From: a virus | Taxonomy: Duplodnaviria; Caudoviricetes | Length of the DNA: 64,000 bases | IMG/VR virus record: IMGVR_UViG_3300025961_000012 | Span: 1-64,000 of that record | Direction: 5' to 3' (one strand) | Shown: positions 1 to 9,337 of the stretch, piece after piece | Layout: the number at the start of each line of letters is the position of its first letter | Numbering within the stretch: position 1 is the first letter of the stretch | The notes under the pieces: model-generated | Told to the model about the DNA's origin: nothing | Seen by the model: the letters and a program-made list of their open reading frames with translations, nothing else | Database searches by the model: none | Made by a program: the position numbers and the translations under genes

Positions 1-223
1 TGAACTCGACGGAGAACTTGTATTGCTCAGATTTCCCTTCCCACGCGGTGTAGGTGCCGACGCCGCGGGCGACGAGCGCCTCGACGGTCGTTGTGCCGAA
101 CCATTTCGCCCAAGTGAGAACCTTCTTGGCCCAGAACCCGCCCGGGTGACGGATGAGCTTCCCCTCATTCTCGCGCGCGAAGTCGATCGCGTCGCGCATG
201 GTCTTCGAGAGTTTGGGAGTCAT
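1..223 (-). CDS. Hypothetical protein, truncated by the left window edge
   Basis: ATG at 223 overlaps the DUF5131 stop (ATGA). Reads MTPKLSKTMRDAIDFARENEGKLIRHPGGFW... with no stop before position 1. Confidence 0.65.
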   Translation of the reverse strand, partial: MTPKLSKTMRDAIDFARENEGKLIRHPGGFWAKKVLTWAKWFGTTTVEALVARGVGTYTAWEGKSEQYKFSVEF

Positions 224-1212
224 GCCATGACGAGTTCAGGTTTCGGCACCGGCCACTGTTTAATGTCCCAAGTGCCGTCAGGAATTCGCCCTTGTCTCCC
301 GTCATACAAAGAGCAGTCCTGCTTTACATAGCAAGGAACGCCCGCATGAGCGCACTGGGCCGCAATGTCGATAATCGCCTCGACGCCGCAATCGCGCCTA
401 TTCGCGCCGCTCTCACCGCCAACGATCACCCAGTCGATCTTCGGGCCGTCGGGTGGTTGCTTGCCGAGCGCCGTGTAGTCACAGTGAGGAATATGCACGG
501 GCTTGCCTGTCCAATCCCAACAGAGCCCCATGCCGTCGTCGTGCCCTTTGTTCGCCGATAGATCGACTTGCTCCAGCAGGGGCTCGACGCTGAGGAACCG
601 AACAGCCGCCGGCGTGGCCAGCAACTGCGGGATCCTTTCGTTGGCGCGCCTCTGGTCCTCGACCGAGACGCCGAGCCAGAGGTTCGGAGGCGGGATAGGG
701 TTGGTCTTCCTGGTCCAGCGGACGATCATGTCCATCGCGCATCGCGCCGTGTCCCATGCAGCCATTACTCGTTCCTCCCAAAGCTCAATGCGCTTTGTGA
801 GCATGAGCACGTCCACATTCGGAGCGTCGTTGATGGCGCCCAGGCAATCCGCCAGCGTCTCGGGCATCCACGCACGATCAAGCCAGTCGGAATTGCTGTC
901 AGCGAACAGGCGGATCCGGCGAAGCATGCCGCCACATTGGCAAACGTGCGTGTTGATGCGCGTGAATGGCGCCGTTTCGCCGCACAGGTCGCAGATGCAA
1001 AGCTTGTTCAAGCGCCGAATCTTCTTGGCGAACTCGGCAACAGGATGCCGCGTTGCGTTTGGTCCCCAAGTCTCGATCCCGCGGTGACGCAGCACTCGAG
1101 CGCGCGTTCCGACCTGGGCATAACAGTTCTTGCAACCAGGGCTCACCTTGTCACAGCCAGTCACGGCATTGGTCGTGTCGTCGCACCAGCCAATCGGATT
1201 CGTGAGTATCAT
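220..1212 (-). CDS. DUF5131 / phage Gp37-Gp68 family protein (three-Cys, radical-SAM-like)
   Basis: True start is MILTNPIGWCDDTTNAVTGCDKVSPGCKNCYA (ATGA-coupled at 1209-1212). Later family motifs LTKR, NLWLGVSVEDQ, RFLSVEPLL, IDWVIVGGESG. Confidence 0.9.
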   Translation of the reverse strand: MILTNPIGWCDDTTNAVTGCDKVSPGCKNCYAQVGTRARVLRHRGIETWGPNATRHPVAEFAKKIRRLNKLCICDLCGETAPFTRINTHVCQCGGMLRRIRLFADSNSDWLDRAWMPETLADCLGAINDAPNVDVLMLTKRIELWEERVMAAWDTARCAMDMIVRWTRKTNPIPPPNLWLGVSVEDQRRANERIPQLLATPAAVRFLSVEPLLEQVDLSANKGHDDGMGLCWDWTGKPVHIPHCDYTALGKQPPDGPKIDWVIVGGESGANRRDCGVEAIIDIAAQCAHAGVPCYVKQDCSLYDGRQGRIPDGTWDIKQWPVPKPELVMA

Positions 1213-1469
1213 GCTCCACCTCGCTTTCTGTTCATCAGCTCGACGATCTCGCGTGATGTCACCTCGATCGCCCCGTTCTTGACCGCCTCGGCCCGCTTGC
1301 TCAGGCACACATCGAAATGTTCCTTGCTCGTGCCATTCTTTTGCAGCCACCTGTGCGCCACGCCGATCTTCGTCGCCATCTCCAAAAGCTCCTCCGTCAT
1401 ATCGGCCGCCATGTGGCACATCTGCATGTTGCCGAACCGGGCGCGGAAATCGTCCACGTAAACACTCAT
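1209..1469 (-). CDS. DUF4031 family protein
   Basis: MSVYVDD...MCHMAAD..EELLEMATKIGV...HFDVCLSKRAEAVKNGA. Confidence 0.85.
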   Translation of the reverse strand: MSVYVDDFRARFGNMQMCHMAADMTEELLEMATKIGVAHRWLQKNGTSKEHFDVCLSKRAEAVKNGAIEVTSREIVELMNRKRGGA

Positions 1470-1771
1470 GCGGAGAATCCTTTCTCACCTGACACGAATT
1501 TGTGATAATCCAAAGCCGTGCCTTTCATCATTCCGACGATGAATTCCTCTTCTGTTCCAGGAACCAAGTGCCTTTTCCCGATGCCTCCGCAATTCGCTGT
1601 AAGGATAGCCATGGCGATTTCAATCTCCTGCTTCGACACTCCCTGGCGCACGTAGCTCTCGCGTGTTGCCTCTTCGATAGTCATGGGTGCCTCAAATAAA
1701 AGTCGTTCCACGCAGCGTCTGAAACGAACTGACTGCGCCGGGGCCTCACCGTTGGCGGGAAAGTCGGCCAA
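1466..1771 (-). CDS. Hypothetical protein
   Basis: ORF coupled to its neighbour; start uncertain (possibly MTIEE at 1684). Confidence 0.5.
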   Translation of the reverse strand: MADFPANGEAPAQSVRFRRCVERLLFEAPMTIEEATRESYVRQGVSKQEIEIAMAILTANCGGIGKRHLVPGTEEEFIVGMMKGTALDYHKFVSGEKGFSA

Positions 1772-2019
1772 ACCGTTTCCTCATCCTGCTTGCTGCTCCT
1801 GCCGGTCCCGCTCGAGGATCCAGCCGGGTCAGGCGCCGACGTCTCGGCGTGCCACATCCCGCAGCTCTCGCACTGCCAGACTCGATGCACCTTGCAGCTC
1901 GTCCCGAACTGCTCGTGCCAGGCGTTGTAATGTTTGGCCGACGGATGCGCAGGCAGGTTCGTCGCGATGCACACCAGCGGGATGTTCGGGCCGCGGGGCT
2001 TTGATTCGAGCGCGTTCAT
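1681..2019 (-). CDS. Hypothetical protein, possible CxxC metal site (CESC)
   Basis: ATGA overlap with the DnaC-like stop; no family recognised. Confidence 0.5.
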   Translation of the reverse strand: MNALESKPRGPNIPLVCIATNLPAHPSAKHYNAWHEQFGTSCKVHRVWQCESCGMWHAETSAPDPAGSSSGTGRSSKQDEETVWPTFPPTVRPRRSQFVSDAAWNDFYLRHP

Positions 2020-2786
2020 GAGAAGTTCGTGAAGCTGGGCGTTTTCATTTCGATGACGAGCGAGTCGCGGTTAAGCCTGTCCTCGGCCCGGGCGTCCCAC
2101 ATTTCCCGCCATTTGCTCGGCTCCACGTTCGTTGTCAGAAGCGTGAATTTCCCGGCTCGTCTGTTCAGGACCTCGCATAGCCTGGATGTTGGAATCCCGC
2201 TTTTGAAGCGGTCAGTTTCGGCGCCGATGTCGTCCAGAACGAGCATCGATGCCTCGTTGATGTCGCGCATCCAGTTACGGAACTCGTCGGCGCCCATCTG
2301 CTCGGGGTCCGCCGCTTCAGCGAACGATTGAAAAATGACAGACGGAACAGAGACGGCAGTTGAGGAGCGTTGCTCTAGGAATCGCTGGAAGGCGCAGGCC
2401 TGAGCCCAACCCGAAACCCTTTGTGCGATATGTGTTTTGCCGCAACCTGTTTCTCCATAAAGGACCAGCAGGCGTTTCCAGGGTTCATTGCGAAACCAGC
2501 GCCCGCAGAATTTCGCTGTGGCGTCAGCCGCCACTTGCAGGTCTGGGTGCGTCACTTCCATGTCCAGCCACTTGCGCTGCCAGGGCGTCGCGAGCGGCTT
2601 GCGTCTTTCGATTTTCGGCATCGAACTCCGCGCGTCGTCTGGCGACAACGGCTGCGGCTTGTCCTTTGGTTCGGTCGGCTCCTGTGATGAAAGAGTTGCG
2701 AGATTCTGCAACAGTCGGTCTGCGATTTGTCCCACTTGTTTGCCCGTCGATTTTGGGTTCATAGATGCCTTGCCAGTTGTGTTCAA
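2016..2786 (-). CDS. DnaC/IstB-like AAA+ helicase loader
   Basis: Walker A LYGETGCGKT, Walker B LVLDDIG, then LTTN..RAEDRL; directly downstream of the initiator. Alternative start at 2621. Confidence 0.85.
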   Translation of the reverse strand: MNTTGKASMNPKSTGKQVGQIADRLLQNLATLSSQEPTEPKDKPQPLSPDDARSSMPKIERRKPLATPWQRKWLDMEVTHPDLQVAADATAKFCGRWFRNEPWKRLLVLYGETGCGKTHIAQRVSGWAQACAFQRFLEQRSSTAVSVPSVIFQSFAEAADPEQMGADEFRNWMRDINEASMLVLDDIGAETDRFKSGIPTSRLCEVLNRRAGKFTLLTTNVEPSKWREMWDARAEDRLNRDSLVIEMKTPSFTNFS

Positions 2787-3444
2787 TGCAATGATGGATG
2801 ATTTCGACAGCTTTCTCCGGGCCGTACGTGGTGAGCTTGCGTAACTGCAGGTCCTGGGCGTGGAGACTCGGGGACTTGCGCTTCTGCTTCAGATGCTCCA
2901 ACCACATCACCCAAGCGGCTCGAAATTCCGGCGTGTTGAGAATCAGCGGGATGACAGTCGCACCTGTAATCGTCGAACGCTTTTCGATCTCGCAGGAGGT
3001 TTTGGGTTCTCCTGATGGTTCAGTTACGGTTCCTTTGGGTTCTGTGTCCCTATTTTGGGACTGCTTCCGCGTAAAAGTGGGACTGCTTTGCGGTAAAATA
3101 GGGACTGCTTCAGGGAAAAATAGGGACTGTTCCGTTTTTGGAACTGTTCCGTTTTTGGGACTGCTTAACAGGTCCGTTTTTGGGACTGCTAGCTTGTAAA
3201 CGATTACGCCTCCGGTAGCGCCTCGGCGCATCCCGCTGTCGGTTATGAGGGTGCCATCACAGAGGCGGCTCAGGGCACGCAGGACGGTCTTTCGATTTAA
3301 TCCGGTGTCAGAACAAAGGCGGCCGACGCTCGGGTAGGCTGCTCCGGTGTCATCGGCTCGATTGGCGAGTGCTACGAGGGTGAACTTGTCGCTGGAGCGC
3401 AAGTCAGTTTGCTGGAAAGCCCAATCCAGAGCGGCGTTACTCAT
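2524..3444 (-). CDS. Phage replication initiator (N-terminal HTH, lambda O-like organisation)
   Basis: Start MSNAALDWAFQQ at 3444. KFTLVALANRADDTGAAYPSVGRLCSDTGL winged HTH; C-terminal AWVMWLEHLKQKRK...NWQGIY; internal iteron array. Confidence 0.85.
   Translation of the reverse strand: MSNAALDWAFQQTDLRSSDKFTLVALANRADDTGAAYPSVGRLCSDTGLNRKTVLRALSRLCDGTLITDSGMRRGATGGVIVYKLAVPKTDLLSSPKNGTVPKTEQSLFFPEAVPILPQSSPTFTRKQSQNRDTEPKGTVTEPSGEPKTSCEIEKRSTITGATVIPLILNTPEFRAAWVMWLEHLKQKRKSPSLHAQDLQLRKLTTYGPEKAVEIIHHCIEHNWQGIYEPKIDGQTSGTNRRPTVAESRNSFITGADRTKGQAAAVVARRRAEFDAENRKTQAARDALAAQVAGHGSDAPRPASGG
3057..3188. repeat. Iteron-like array (7 x GGGACTG/GGAACTG), putative replication origin
   Basis: Copies start at 3057, 3079, 3101, 3123, 3140, 3157 and 3182 (spacing 22, 22, 22, 17, 17, 25), with A/T tracts between, inside the initiator gene. 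Confidence 0.75.
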
Positions 3445-3625
3445 CCAACACCCCCAGGGAACCGCCCGCCCGCCCGCAATGGGTGCCAAACGGAGAAGAC
3501 CCGACGAGGGGCGGTTCTCTGGAAATGTCGAATGGGCAACATTTGGCTTTGCCGATTGCGGTCGGCGTGCCGAAACGGAACCACATCCTACTTTTCGGGT
3601 CAAGCCAATCATTTGTGAGGCATTT

Positions 3626-3635
3626 TGTCAAGCGG
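3626..3635 (-). promoter_or_regulatory. Sigma70-type -35 (CCGC-TTGACA) upstream of the initiator
   Basis: Plus strand TGTCAAGCGG. The same 10-mer occurs at 8 sites in the window; the -10 here is weak. Confidence 0.5.
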
Positions 3636-3747
3636 TAAAGCGCGGCCGGGGTCGCCAACAAGGAACCGAGTGGCTCCCGGCCTGAAGGCGTATTCCAGGC
3701 CGTTGGGAAGGATGCACACGATCCCCGGCCACGACGCCAACGCAAAT

Positions 3748-4074
3748 TCAAGCTCGAGCGCTGCCGAGGTTCTTCTCGCAGTCGCAAAACTGGCAGCGCA
3801 TGACGTCCGGGCGCCCGTCGACCGCCAGCCAGGAGTGTTTGGCGCAGGAATCCTCCCGGACGTCCTTGTTCCACTCCTCAATCGCCTCGTGTAACCGTGC
3901 GCCAGGCGTCGTAGTTCGCCCGCAGCGGCGGTTTTGGCACACCAGACGCACATTCGGTGTCCGGGCGCCGATTACCGCGGCATTTGACCCGCAGAAGCAC
4001 GGCACGGCCTCGTCCAGCACGGGCGTAGACTCCCAATAATCGGGGTGTTCGTCATTTCGGGCGAGTATTTTCAT
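3748..4074 (-). CDS. Lar-like (restriction alleviation) zinc-ribbon protein
   Basis: PCFCG...LVCQNRRCG...EAIEEWN pattern; start MKILARN at 4074. Confidence 0.55.
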   Translation of the reverse strand: MKILARNDEHPDYWESTPVLDEAVPCFCGSNAAVIGARTPNVRLVCQNRRCGRTTTPGARLHEAIEEWNKDVREDSCAKHSWLAVDGRPDVMRCQFCDCEKNLGSARA

Positions 4075-4249
4075 GGATCTCCTGGATTTTGACCGGTTTG
4101 AGCTTGGCCTTGTCGGCGACGACTGTGCTGCCGTCAGCCATGCGGCAGACAAAGAACCCGGGGATGTCGGCCGGCCGCAGGACTCCCACCAGGTGTTTGC
4201 CGTTTGGCTTCTCGTCCGGGCCGTCGGTGTAGATGTAGGTCGTGCTCAC
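4052..4249 (-). CDS. Hypothetical protein
   Basis: GTG start overlapping the upstream stop. Confidence 0.55.
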   Translation of the reverse strand: MSTTYIYTDGPDEKPNGKHLVGVLRPADIPGFFVCRMADGSTVVADKAKLKPVKIQEIHENTRPK

Positions 4250-4728
4250 TTTTTGAACGCGAGTTTGCGGAGCTGCTTCAGGTCGGCGTCGAGAGTCCGG
4301 ATGCGTGCAACTTGCTTGAACGGCTGCGTGACGCCTGCCACCCAGTTAAGATATTGACCAGTGGCTTCCAGCAAATCATCCAAGTCCTGCTCCGTGAGCA
4401 ACGCGGCGGCGACTTTGCCAGAATCGTCACCCAGCGCGGCGAGGAGCTTGTTCTCAATCACTGTGCGCGTGGTCTCGACGACTGTGCATGGCGTTTCAGT
4501 TGGAACAGCCGTGAAGAATCTGGCGCCACGTCCCTCGACCGGCTGAACGGTCATGGCATCAAACCCCATCCGATCACCAAGTTCCTTCCATGCGCGATTC
4601 GCGTTCTCTTGCGGACTATCGAATAGTTTTGCCCCACCAGAGCCCCACATCGCAGGCGTCGGCTTGCAGGCATCAAGGATTTTCACAAGGTCGGCCTCGG
4701 TCATTTCGTAATTGATTCGTGGGTTCAT
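4246..4728 (-). CDS. Hypothetical phage protein
   Basis: Start MNPRINYEMTEADL (ATGA overlap at 4725-4728). Confidence 0.65.
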   Translation of the reverse strand: MNPRINYEMTEADLVKILDACKPTPAMWGSGGAKLFDSPQENANRAWKELGDRMGFDAMTVQPVEGRGARFFTAVPTETPCTVVETTRTVIENKLLAALGDDSGKVAAALLTEQDLDDLLEATGQYLNWVAGVTQPFKQVARIRTLDADLKQLRKLAFKK

Positions 4729-4916
4729 GCGGTTGGTTGTTGTTCGGAGAGTTGCTCCTTCAGGTCGTTGATGGCCTTTTGCTCCGTTGAGCCATAGCCA
4801 ACCTGATGGCGGGTTGGGCTGTCTGGTGCTCCGTCGTAAGTGTCTGAATCGACGGCTCGCCAGTCGTAGCAACGAATTGATATAGGGGGACAAACGTGCT
4901 CGGTTTTGATGTTCAT
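4725..4916 (-). CDS. Hypothetical phage protein
   Basis: 63 aa, coupled to its neighbours. Confidence 0.6.
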   Translation of the reverse strand: MNIKTEHVCPPISIRCYDWRAVDSDTYDGAPDSPTRHQVGYGSTEQKAINDLKEQLSEQQPTA

Positions 4917-5168
4917 TCAGTTCCTCGCTTTCGCTACGTGCGCCCGGTGCGCGTTGATCTCCCAGACTTCGTTCTTCAGCTTGGCCAGCGCTGCCATCGC
5001 CTGGTCCTCCGACTTCTCAGCAATCGCGGCAACCTCGTCGGTGGCCTGGTTGAACGACAGCGCGCCAGCCATGAACGCCTGGTGGCACTCAAGATTCTGT
5101 TGCGCCGGCACTCCATTCGGATAAACGGCGTCGCGATACTCCCTCCATCGGTCTTGCAGTGTTTTCAT
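4917..5168 (-). CDS. Hypothetical phage protein
   Basis: MKTLQDRWREYRDAV...QAFMAGA; ATGA overlap. Confidence 0.6.
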   Translation of the reverse strand: MKTLQDRWREYRDAVYPNGVPAQQNLECHQAFMAGALSFNQATDEVAAIAEKSEDQAMAALAKLKNEVWEINAHRAHVAKARN

Positions 5169-5413
5169 CGCGCTCGCGCCTTCCCTCCTTTGCGCCCCAG
5201 CTTCTGCCGGTGCTTCCACATCTTGTCGTTCAGGTGGCTCAGATTCAGGTTCAACGGCGGCGGCACGAGCTTCGTCGACGCCCGCTCCTGCCCAGGCAGG
5301 TACGTGCGTTCCTTGTTCCCGGTCACAACACCGCCATAGAGTTCAGCCTCAAACCCGGTATCTATCGCCGTCTTGCGGATGCCCAGCGCGCGCTTGGTCT
5401 CTTCGTAGTTCAT
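5165..5413 (-). CDS. Hypothetical protein with basic C-terminus (GRKGGKAR)
   Basis: ATGA overlap with the exonuclease stop. Confidence 0.55.
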   Translation of the reverse strand: MNYEETKRALGIRKTAIDTGFEAELYGGVVTGNKERTYLPGQERASTKLVPPPLNLNLSHLNDKMWKHRQKLGRKGGKARAR

Positions 5414-6456
5414 GGGATTGGGACGTCGTTGGGGTTTGGCACGAACGATTCGGGCGGCACGACAAGCTCTGGCATCGTCTCCATGGCCTCGGTTTGCATC
5501 CAAGGCTCAGGCTCAACAAGCTGCCAGCCGTTCAGGATGACTTTGCCGGGATAGCCGGGCCAGACGACGACGGAACCATCGGGCGCTTTTGAATCGCGCA
5601 ACATTTGCTCCGTCCTCATGCACTGGCAATACAGCCCCAGGGCATTCCTCGCGATGACGCCGCCCAGCGCCATGAATTCAACGGACAATCGCCGCTTCTC
5701 GACGTGGAATGGTTCGTAGTTCTCTTGGACGATATGTCCGAACTCGCAGCGGTCCTGCCCGGTAGCCTTCACGTAGAGCACCGTGTGAAGCCACGCCTGG
5801 ACGTGGTACGCGTAGGACGCAACGCTTCGGGTCCAGAGTCGCAACCCGCCTTGGTTCGTCGTTTTGTAATCGAGCAGCCACCGAGCAAACGGCGAATCCA
5901 GCAACGGAACAATGTCCAGCAATGCCCGAAGCGGAACCTTTAACCCGGTCGGCTTGTCGTCCCAGGTGCCCACGACCATGACCTGTTTCGTGCTGGCCTC
6001 GATGATGCCGGCCAGTTCCGGATCCGCCATGACGCGCGCGACGGCCGCCTCGGCCTCAAGAAGCTTGTCGTGTTTTACGACCTCCTGATTCTTGTGGGCG
6101 GACAGCCAGTCCTCGCACCAGCCGGCGTTCGCGTTCCACGGCAACGGATCGCCCAGTTCAATCTCGTGCTTCTTCACCTTCGGATGATGCGCCGGCGCCG
6201 GGTAGGTTTCGGGCGTTACGGCGTAACGGTTCGCGAAGTTCGGACGGTCCAGCAGCAGGCAATCCCACAGGCTGCCGCGGTCGCGGGCCTCGCTCGAATC
6301 CAGCTTGTAACCGGCGCGCCAGCGATGCGGACACCGCAGAATCTCAACAAGATCCGAACGTGACAACACGTAATCCGGGTGTCCGCGCTCGACCTCCTGC
6401 CTGAGATAATCCTCGGCGGTGATGCCTGACCCGATGACTTTGGCCTCTATGATCAT
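5410..6456 (-). CDS. Exonuclease VIII/RecE-like PD-(D/E)XK nuclease (DUF3799-like)
   Basis: LSRSDL..CP..W; GSLWDCLLL; LRALLDIVP..LLDYKTT; YHVQAWL; start MIIEAK at 6456. Confidence 0.85.
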   Translation of the reverse strand: MIIEAKVIGSGITAEDYLRQEVERGHPDYVLSRSDLVEILRCPHRWRAGYKLDSSEARDRGSLWDCLLLDRPNFANRYAVTPETYPAPAHHPKVKKHEIELGDPLPWNANAGWCEDWLSAHKNQEVVKHDKLLEAEAAVARVMADPELAGIIEASTKQVMVVGTWDDKPTGLKVPLRALLDIVPLLDSPFARWLLDYKTTNQGGLRLWTRSVASYAYHVQAWLHTVLYVKATGQDRCEFGHIVQENYEPFHVEKRRLSVEFMALGGVIARNALGLYCQCMRTEQMLRDSKAPDGSVVVWPGYPGKVILNGWQLVEPEPWMQTEAMETMPELVVPPESFVPNPNDVPIP

Positions 6457-7415
6457 GGATTGAGATGAATGTGCAGCTTGTCGCCTACTTCGGTGAACTC
6501 CTCGAGCGTCAAATCGTTCACGCCTTTGCCCGCCGGCAGAATCTTCCACTCGCGCAACTTTTCAACGGCGACATCCCATGACTTCGCGGCTCCACGGAAT
6601 GACTTGCACTGCTCCCACAGTGCCGCCTTGGCAGCTTTGAGCGGGTCGGTGGGACTTTGGGGCGCCTTGCCGGCCGCCGTCGCTCCAACAGGCAATGCGG
6701 CAGCCTGGCACCATGCCGCAATCGCGGCTCCGTGCCTCGTGTCGATTGGTTCCGTCTTGTCTTTCGGAAAACAGTCCCGGAGCGACGGATGACTGCACTT
6801 CGTCAGGATGATGGAATGATTTTGAAGGATCTCGGCGTGACAGGTCGCTTCGAAGATGAAGTCTTCCGCCTGAATAGGGGACGTGGCTTCATCCTTCACG
6901 ATAACCGTTTTGCCGGCCTCGTTCTTCGTCTGCCGGGACTTGTATTTCGCCCTCAGACATATGATCAACGGAATCTTGGCGCGCAGCAACCGTTGAACGA
7001 ATTTCGCGTGCTCAAACTTCGGCGTCTTCCAGCAGTGCAATCCAGCCTTGCCGCTTTTCTGCTCAATCTCGCCAGCCATGTCCAGGACGCCGCCAATACC
7101 CTCCCACTCATGGGAACCAGAATCCACAATCCCAACGTTCGCACCGCTGGCCTCGATGGTATCGATCGCCTCGACGTAACGCGCCGGGGAGAAAGGGGAA
7201 CACAAATCAAACGTCTCAAATCCTCCAGGCAGAACGTCAGCGTAGAGGCTCGCGCGCCCGGATTCTGAATCCGCGACGATGATCTTTCCGTCCGGGCCAA
7301 CCAACCCGCGCGCCAAGAGCATACTCGAATACGTTTTGCCGCAACCGCTCTCCGAGTAGAGAACGATCAGCGGATTGACACCTACGCGCGTGGCCTTGTG
7401 AATTTGGAAGCTCAT
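6453..7415 (-). CDS. AAA_24 family ATPase (Sak4-like recombination protein)
   Basis: ESGCGKT Walker A; DSESGRASLYA; FSPARYVEAI; IVDSGSHEWEGIGGVL; paired with the ExoVIII-like gene. Confidence 0.85.
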   Translation of the reverse strand: MSFQIHKATRVGVNPLIVLYSESGCGKTYSSMLLARGLVGPDGKIIVADSESGRASLYADVLPGGFETFDLCSPFSPARYVEAIDTIEASGANVGIVDSGSHEWEGIGGVLDMAGEIEQKSGKAGLHCWKTPKFEHAKFVQRLLRAKIPLIICLRAKYKSRQTKNEAGKTVIVKDEATSPIQAEDFIFEATCHAEILQNHSIILTKCSHPSLRDCFPKDKTEPIDTRHGAAIAAWCQAAALPVGATAAGKAPQSPTDPLKAAKAALWEQCKSFRGAAKSWDVAVEKLREWKILPAGKGVNDLTLEEFTEVGDKLHIHLNP

Positions 7416-7738
7416 GCGAAGTCTTCGTCGATTACGATTGCCACGTCGCCAACGATTTGGTGCGTGGTTCCGGGTTTGCAGATTGCGTGATAGAGGCGCG
7501 TCGCCTCGGGATTGACTTCCTTTCGAGCCCTGACAGGAACCAGCGTCGTCACGTTGCCATGCGTCTCGGCGCGCGACTCGTGCCCGCGATCATCCACGAA
7601 CATTACCCGTCCGTCGCGCAGGTTCACCGTGTCGCAGCAGTCGCAGCCGATCAACTTTTGGATCTCGCGAACAGCGCTCGAGCGACTGATCTCGTGAACG
7701 CTGGTCGTGCCGTCCGTTTTGATGACCTGCACTTTCAC
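7412..7738 (-). CDS. DUF3846-like protein
   Basis: VIKTDG..EIQKLIGC..VMFVDDRG..VNPEAT..IVGDVAI. Confidence 0.65.
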   Translation of the reverse strand: MKVQVIKTDGTTSVHEISRSSAVREIQKLIGCDCCDTVNLRDGRVMFVDDRGHESRAETHGNVTTLVPVRARKEVNPEATRLYHAICKPGTTHQIVGDVAIVIDEDFA

Positions 7739-7820
7739 AGGAACAACTCCTCGCCTTGCGCCTCAATGAGCGTTGAGAATGTTTTCCCGCCGCTGGTTTT
7801 GTAAGCTTGAGTTTTCTCGA

Positions 7821-7982
7821 TCATATTTCTTTCGTTGTTTCGTCGATGAATGCGATCCACGGGCAGGACTCACGAACAAGTTGAAACTCGTCGTTTCGGA
7901 AACAAAGGTCCCCACACTTGCCTCCGTTCATAAAGACCCGGACGTGCGTGTGTCCTCCGCGAATCTGGAAATACCATTTCAC
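7821..7982 (-). CDS. Small hypothetical protein (53 aa, not in the ORF track)
   Basis: GTG start overlapping the upstream stop. MKWYFQIRGGHTHVRVFMNGGKCGDLCFRNDEF... Followed by a 29-aa ORF at 7735-7824. Confidence 0.55.
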   Translation of the reverse strand: MKWYFQIRGGHTHVRVFMNGGKCGDLCFRNDEFQLVRESCPWIAFIDETTKEI

Positions 7983-8566
7983 CAGCCTGAGTAGCAGAAG
8001 GATTTCTGTTTGCCGGTCGCGAAAACTTCGTCGGCAACCTCGTTGAGCGCGGACTCGTCGCCCGTCATTTCGGCGCGCAACTTGGCGAACTTGGCTTTCT
8101 GTTGCGCCAACCAGATCGCTTTGGCCTCAACAACCAGGACGGCGAAATCTTTCCAGGCTTCACCCCACCGCGCTAACAGGAACAGATCCGCGTTCTCCCA
8201 AGTGTTGTCCTTGGTGCGCCCAACTAGAACCGGGTCAAGCTTCGCGTCCTCCGGATGCCAGATTTCAAGCCGCGGGTAAAGCTCATGCTCCTTGCAGTGA
8301 GCGGCCACTTGGAGCACGCGCAGGGGAATCGGTCCGCTGCTATACTCCTCCAACCTCGTGTTGATCGGGCAATGCAGGCCAAAAACGATCTGCTCGAGCG
8401 CCGACATCTTTCGATACGGGATGCGCGTCGCGGTTTCTGGATTGGTGAGCTTGCGCTGCCCCGCCAGTCCCATCTTTTCGATCAGCTCAATGGCCTCTGA
8501 ATCTGCCGCCATCGTGCTTGCTTCGCTGCCGTTGATTTCCTCAACTTCGTATGTTTCAACTTTCAT
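7979..8566 (-). CDS. Conserved-looking phage hypothetical protein
   Basis: YSSGPIPLRVLQVAA..DPVLVG..FLLARWGE; clean ORF. Confidence 0.7.
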   Translation of the reverse strand: MKVETYEVEEINGSEASTMAADSEAIELIEKMGLAGQRKLTNPETATRIPYRKMSALEQIVFGLHCPINTRLEEYSSGPIPLRVLQVAAHCKEHELYPRLEIWHPEDAKLDPVLVGRTKDNTWENADLFLLARWGEAWKDFAVLVVEAKAIWLAQQKAKFAKLRAEMTGDESALNEVADEVFATGKQKSFCYSGW

Positions 8567-9296
8567 CGTGTCCTCGTGTTTTGGTTGTTAACTGGCCGGT
8601 AAGTATTTCGCGCGCCACTGTGCCGCAGTCTGACGCCGCTTGACAATCTTTTTCCAGCACCGGCGCAAGATTTGTCCAGCGCAGGTGAAAGTTACCTGTT
8701 GGCACGATGATCCTGGCGTGACACGTCCAGCAAATCGTTTTCGGCGTGTCCCACCGGCCCGCACCTTTGGGTAACTGCCGCAACTCGCCATCGGTCCCGG
8801 CGCATCCTGGCTGGTCGCATTTCATCACTTCTTTACCTTGGTTTGGTGGATGTTTAGAACTTGTGCGATGTAAAAAGCATCTGAGTGCCTGCAACACAAG
8901 GCGATGATGCGCTTGAACTTTGCGTCTCGAACAAAGAATTGGCCTAATGCTTTAGCTACAGTGAATCGTCTTTTCATGCGCACAGAAGGATTAGCGCAGT
9001 CGCCAGCACGGCCACGATGATCCAGCCCCACCAAAGGATTGTTTTCGTTTTGTCGGTCATAGCTTGGAAAGCGCGTGTTTCAGTTCGCTGACCGTCCTGG
9101 AAATAGGATGCGCCCGATCGTAGGCGTCGATCACTCCCTGGGCGGCCATCGCGACGACGATCAGCGCCGGCAGATTGCATTGCTCGTCAATCGTCTGAGC
9201 CATTGAACTGGCAGTGTCGTTGACTCGCGCAAAGTCGTAATTCGATAGAAGGCACTCAGCCGCCTTCATCGCCGCTTCTGTTGGTTTCGTTGGCAT
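8556..9296 (-). CDS. Four small coupled ORFs: 8556-8825, 8825-8977, 8974-9060 (TM peptide), 9057-9296
   Basis: Start/stop overlaps; no family recognised. Confidence 0.45.
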
Positions 9297-9337
9297 TCAA
9301 CACAACGCCGGACACCCGCCCGGCGTTGGTTTGAACG

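Noticed and set aside
220-1488. 422-aa ORF as a single gene
   Set aside because: The first ~90 aa are an off-frame read of the DUF4031 gene; the real start is 1212.
3057-3188. Possible CRISPR array
   Set aside because: The repeats are 7 bp with short, irregular spacers inside a coding gene; this fits iterons.
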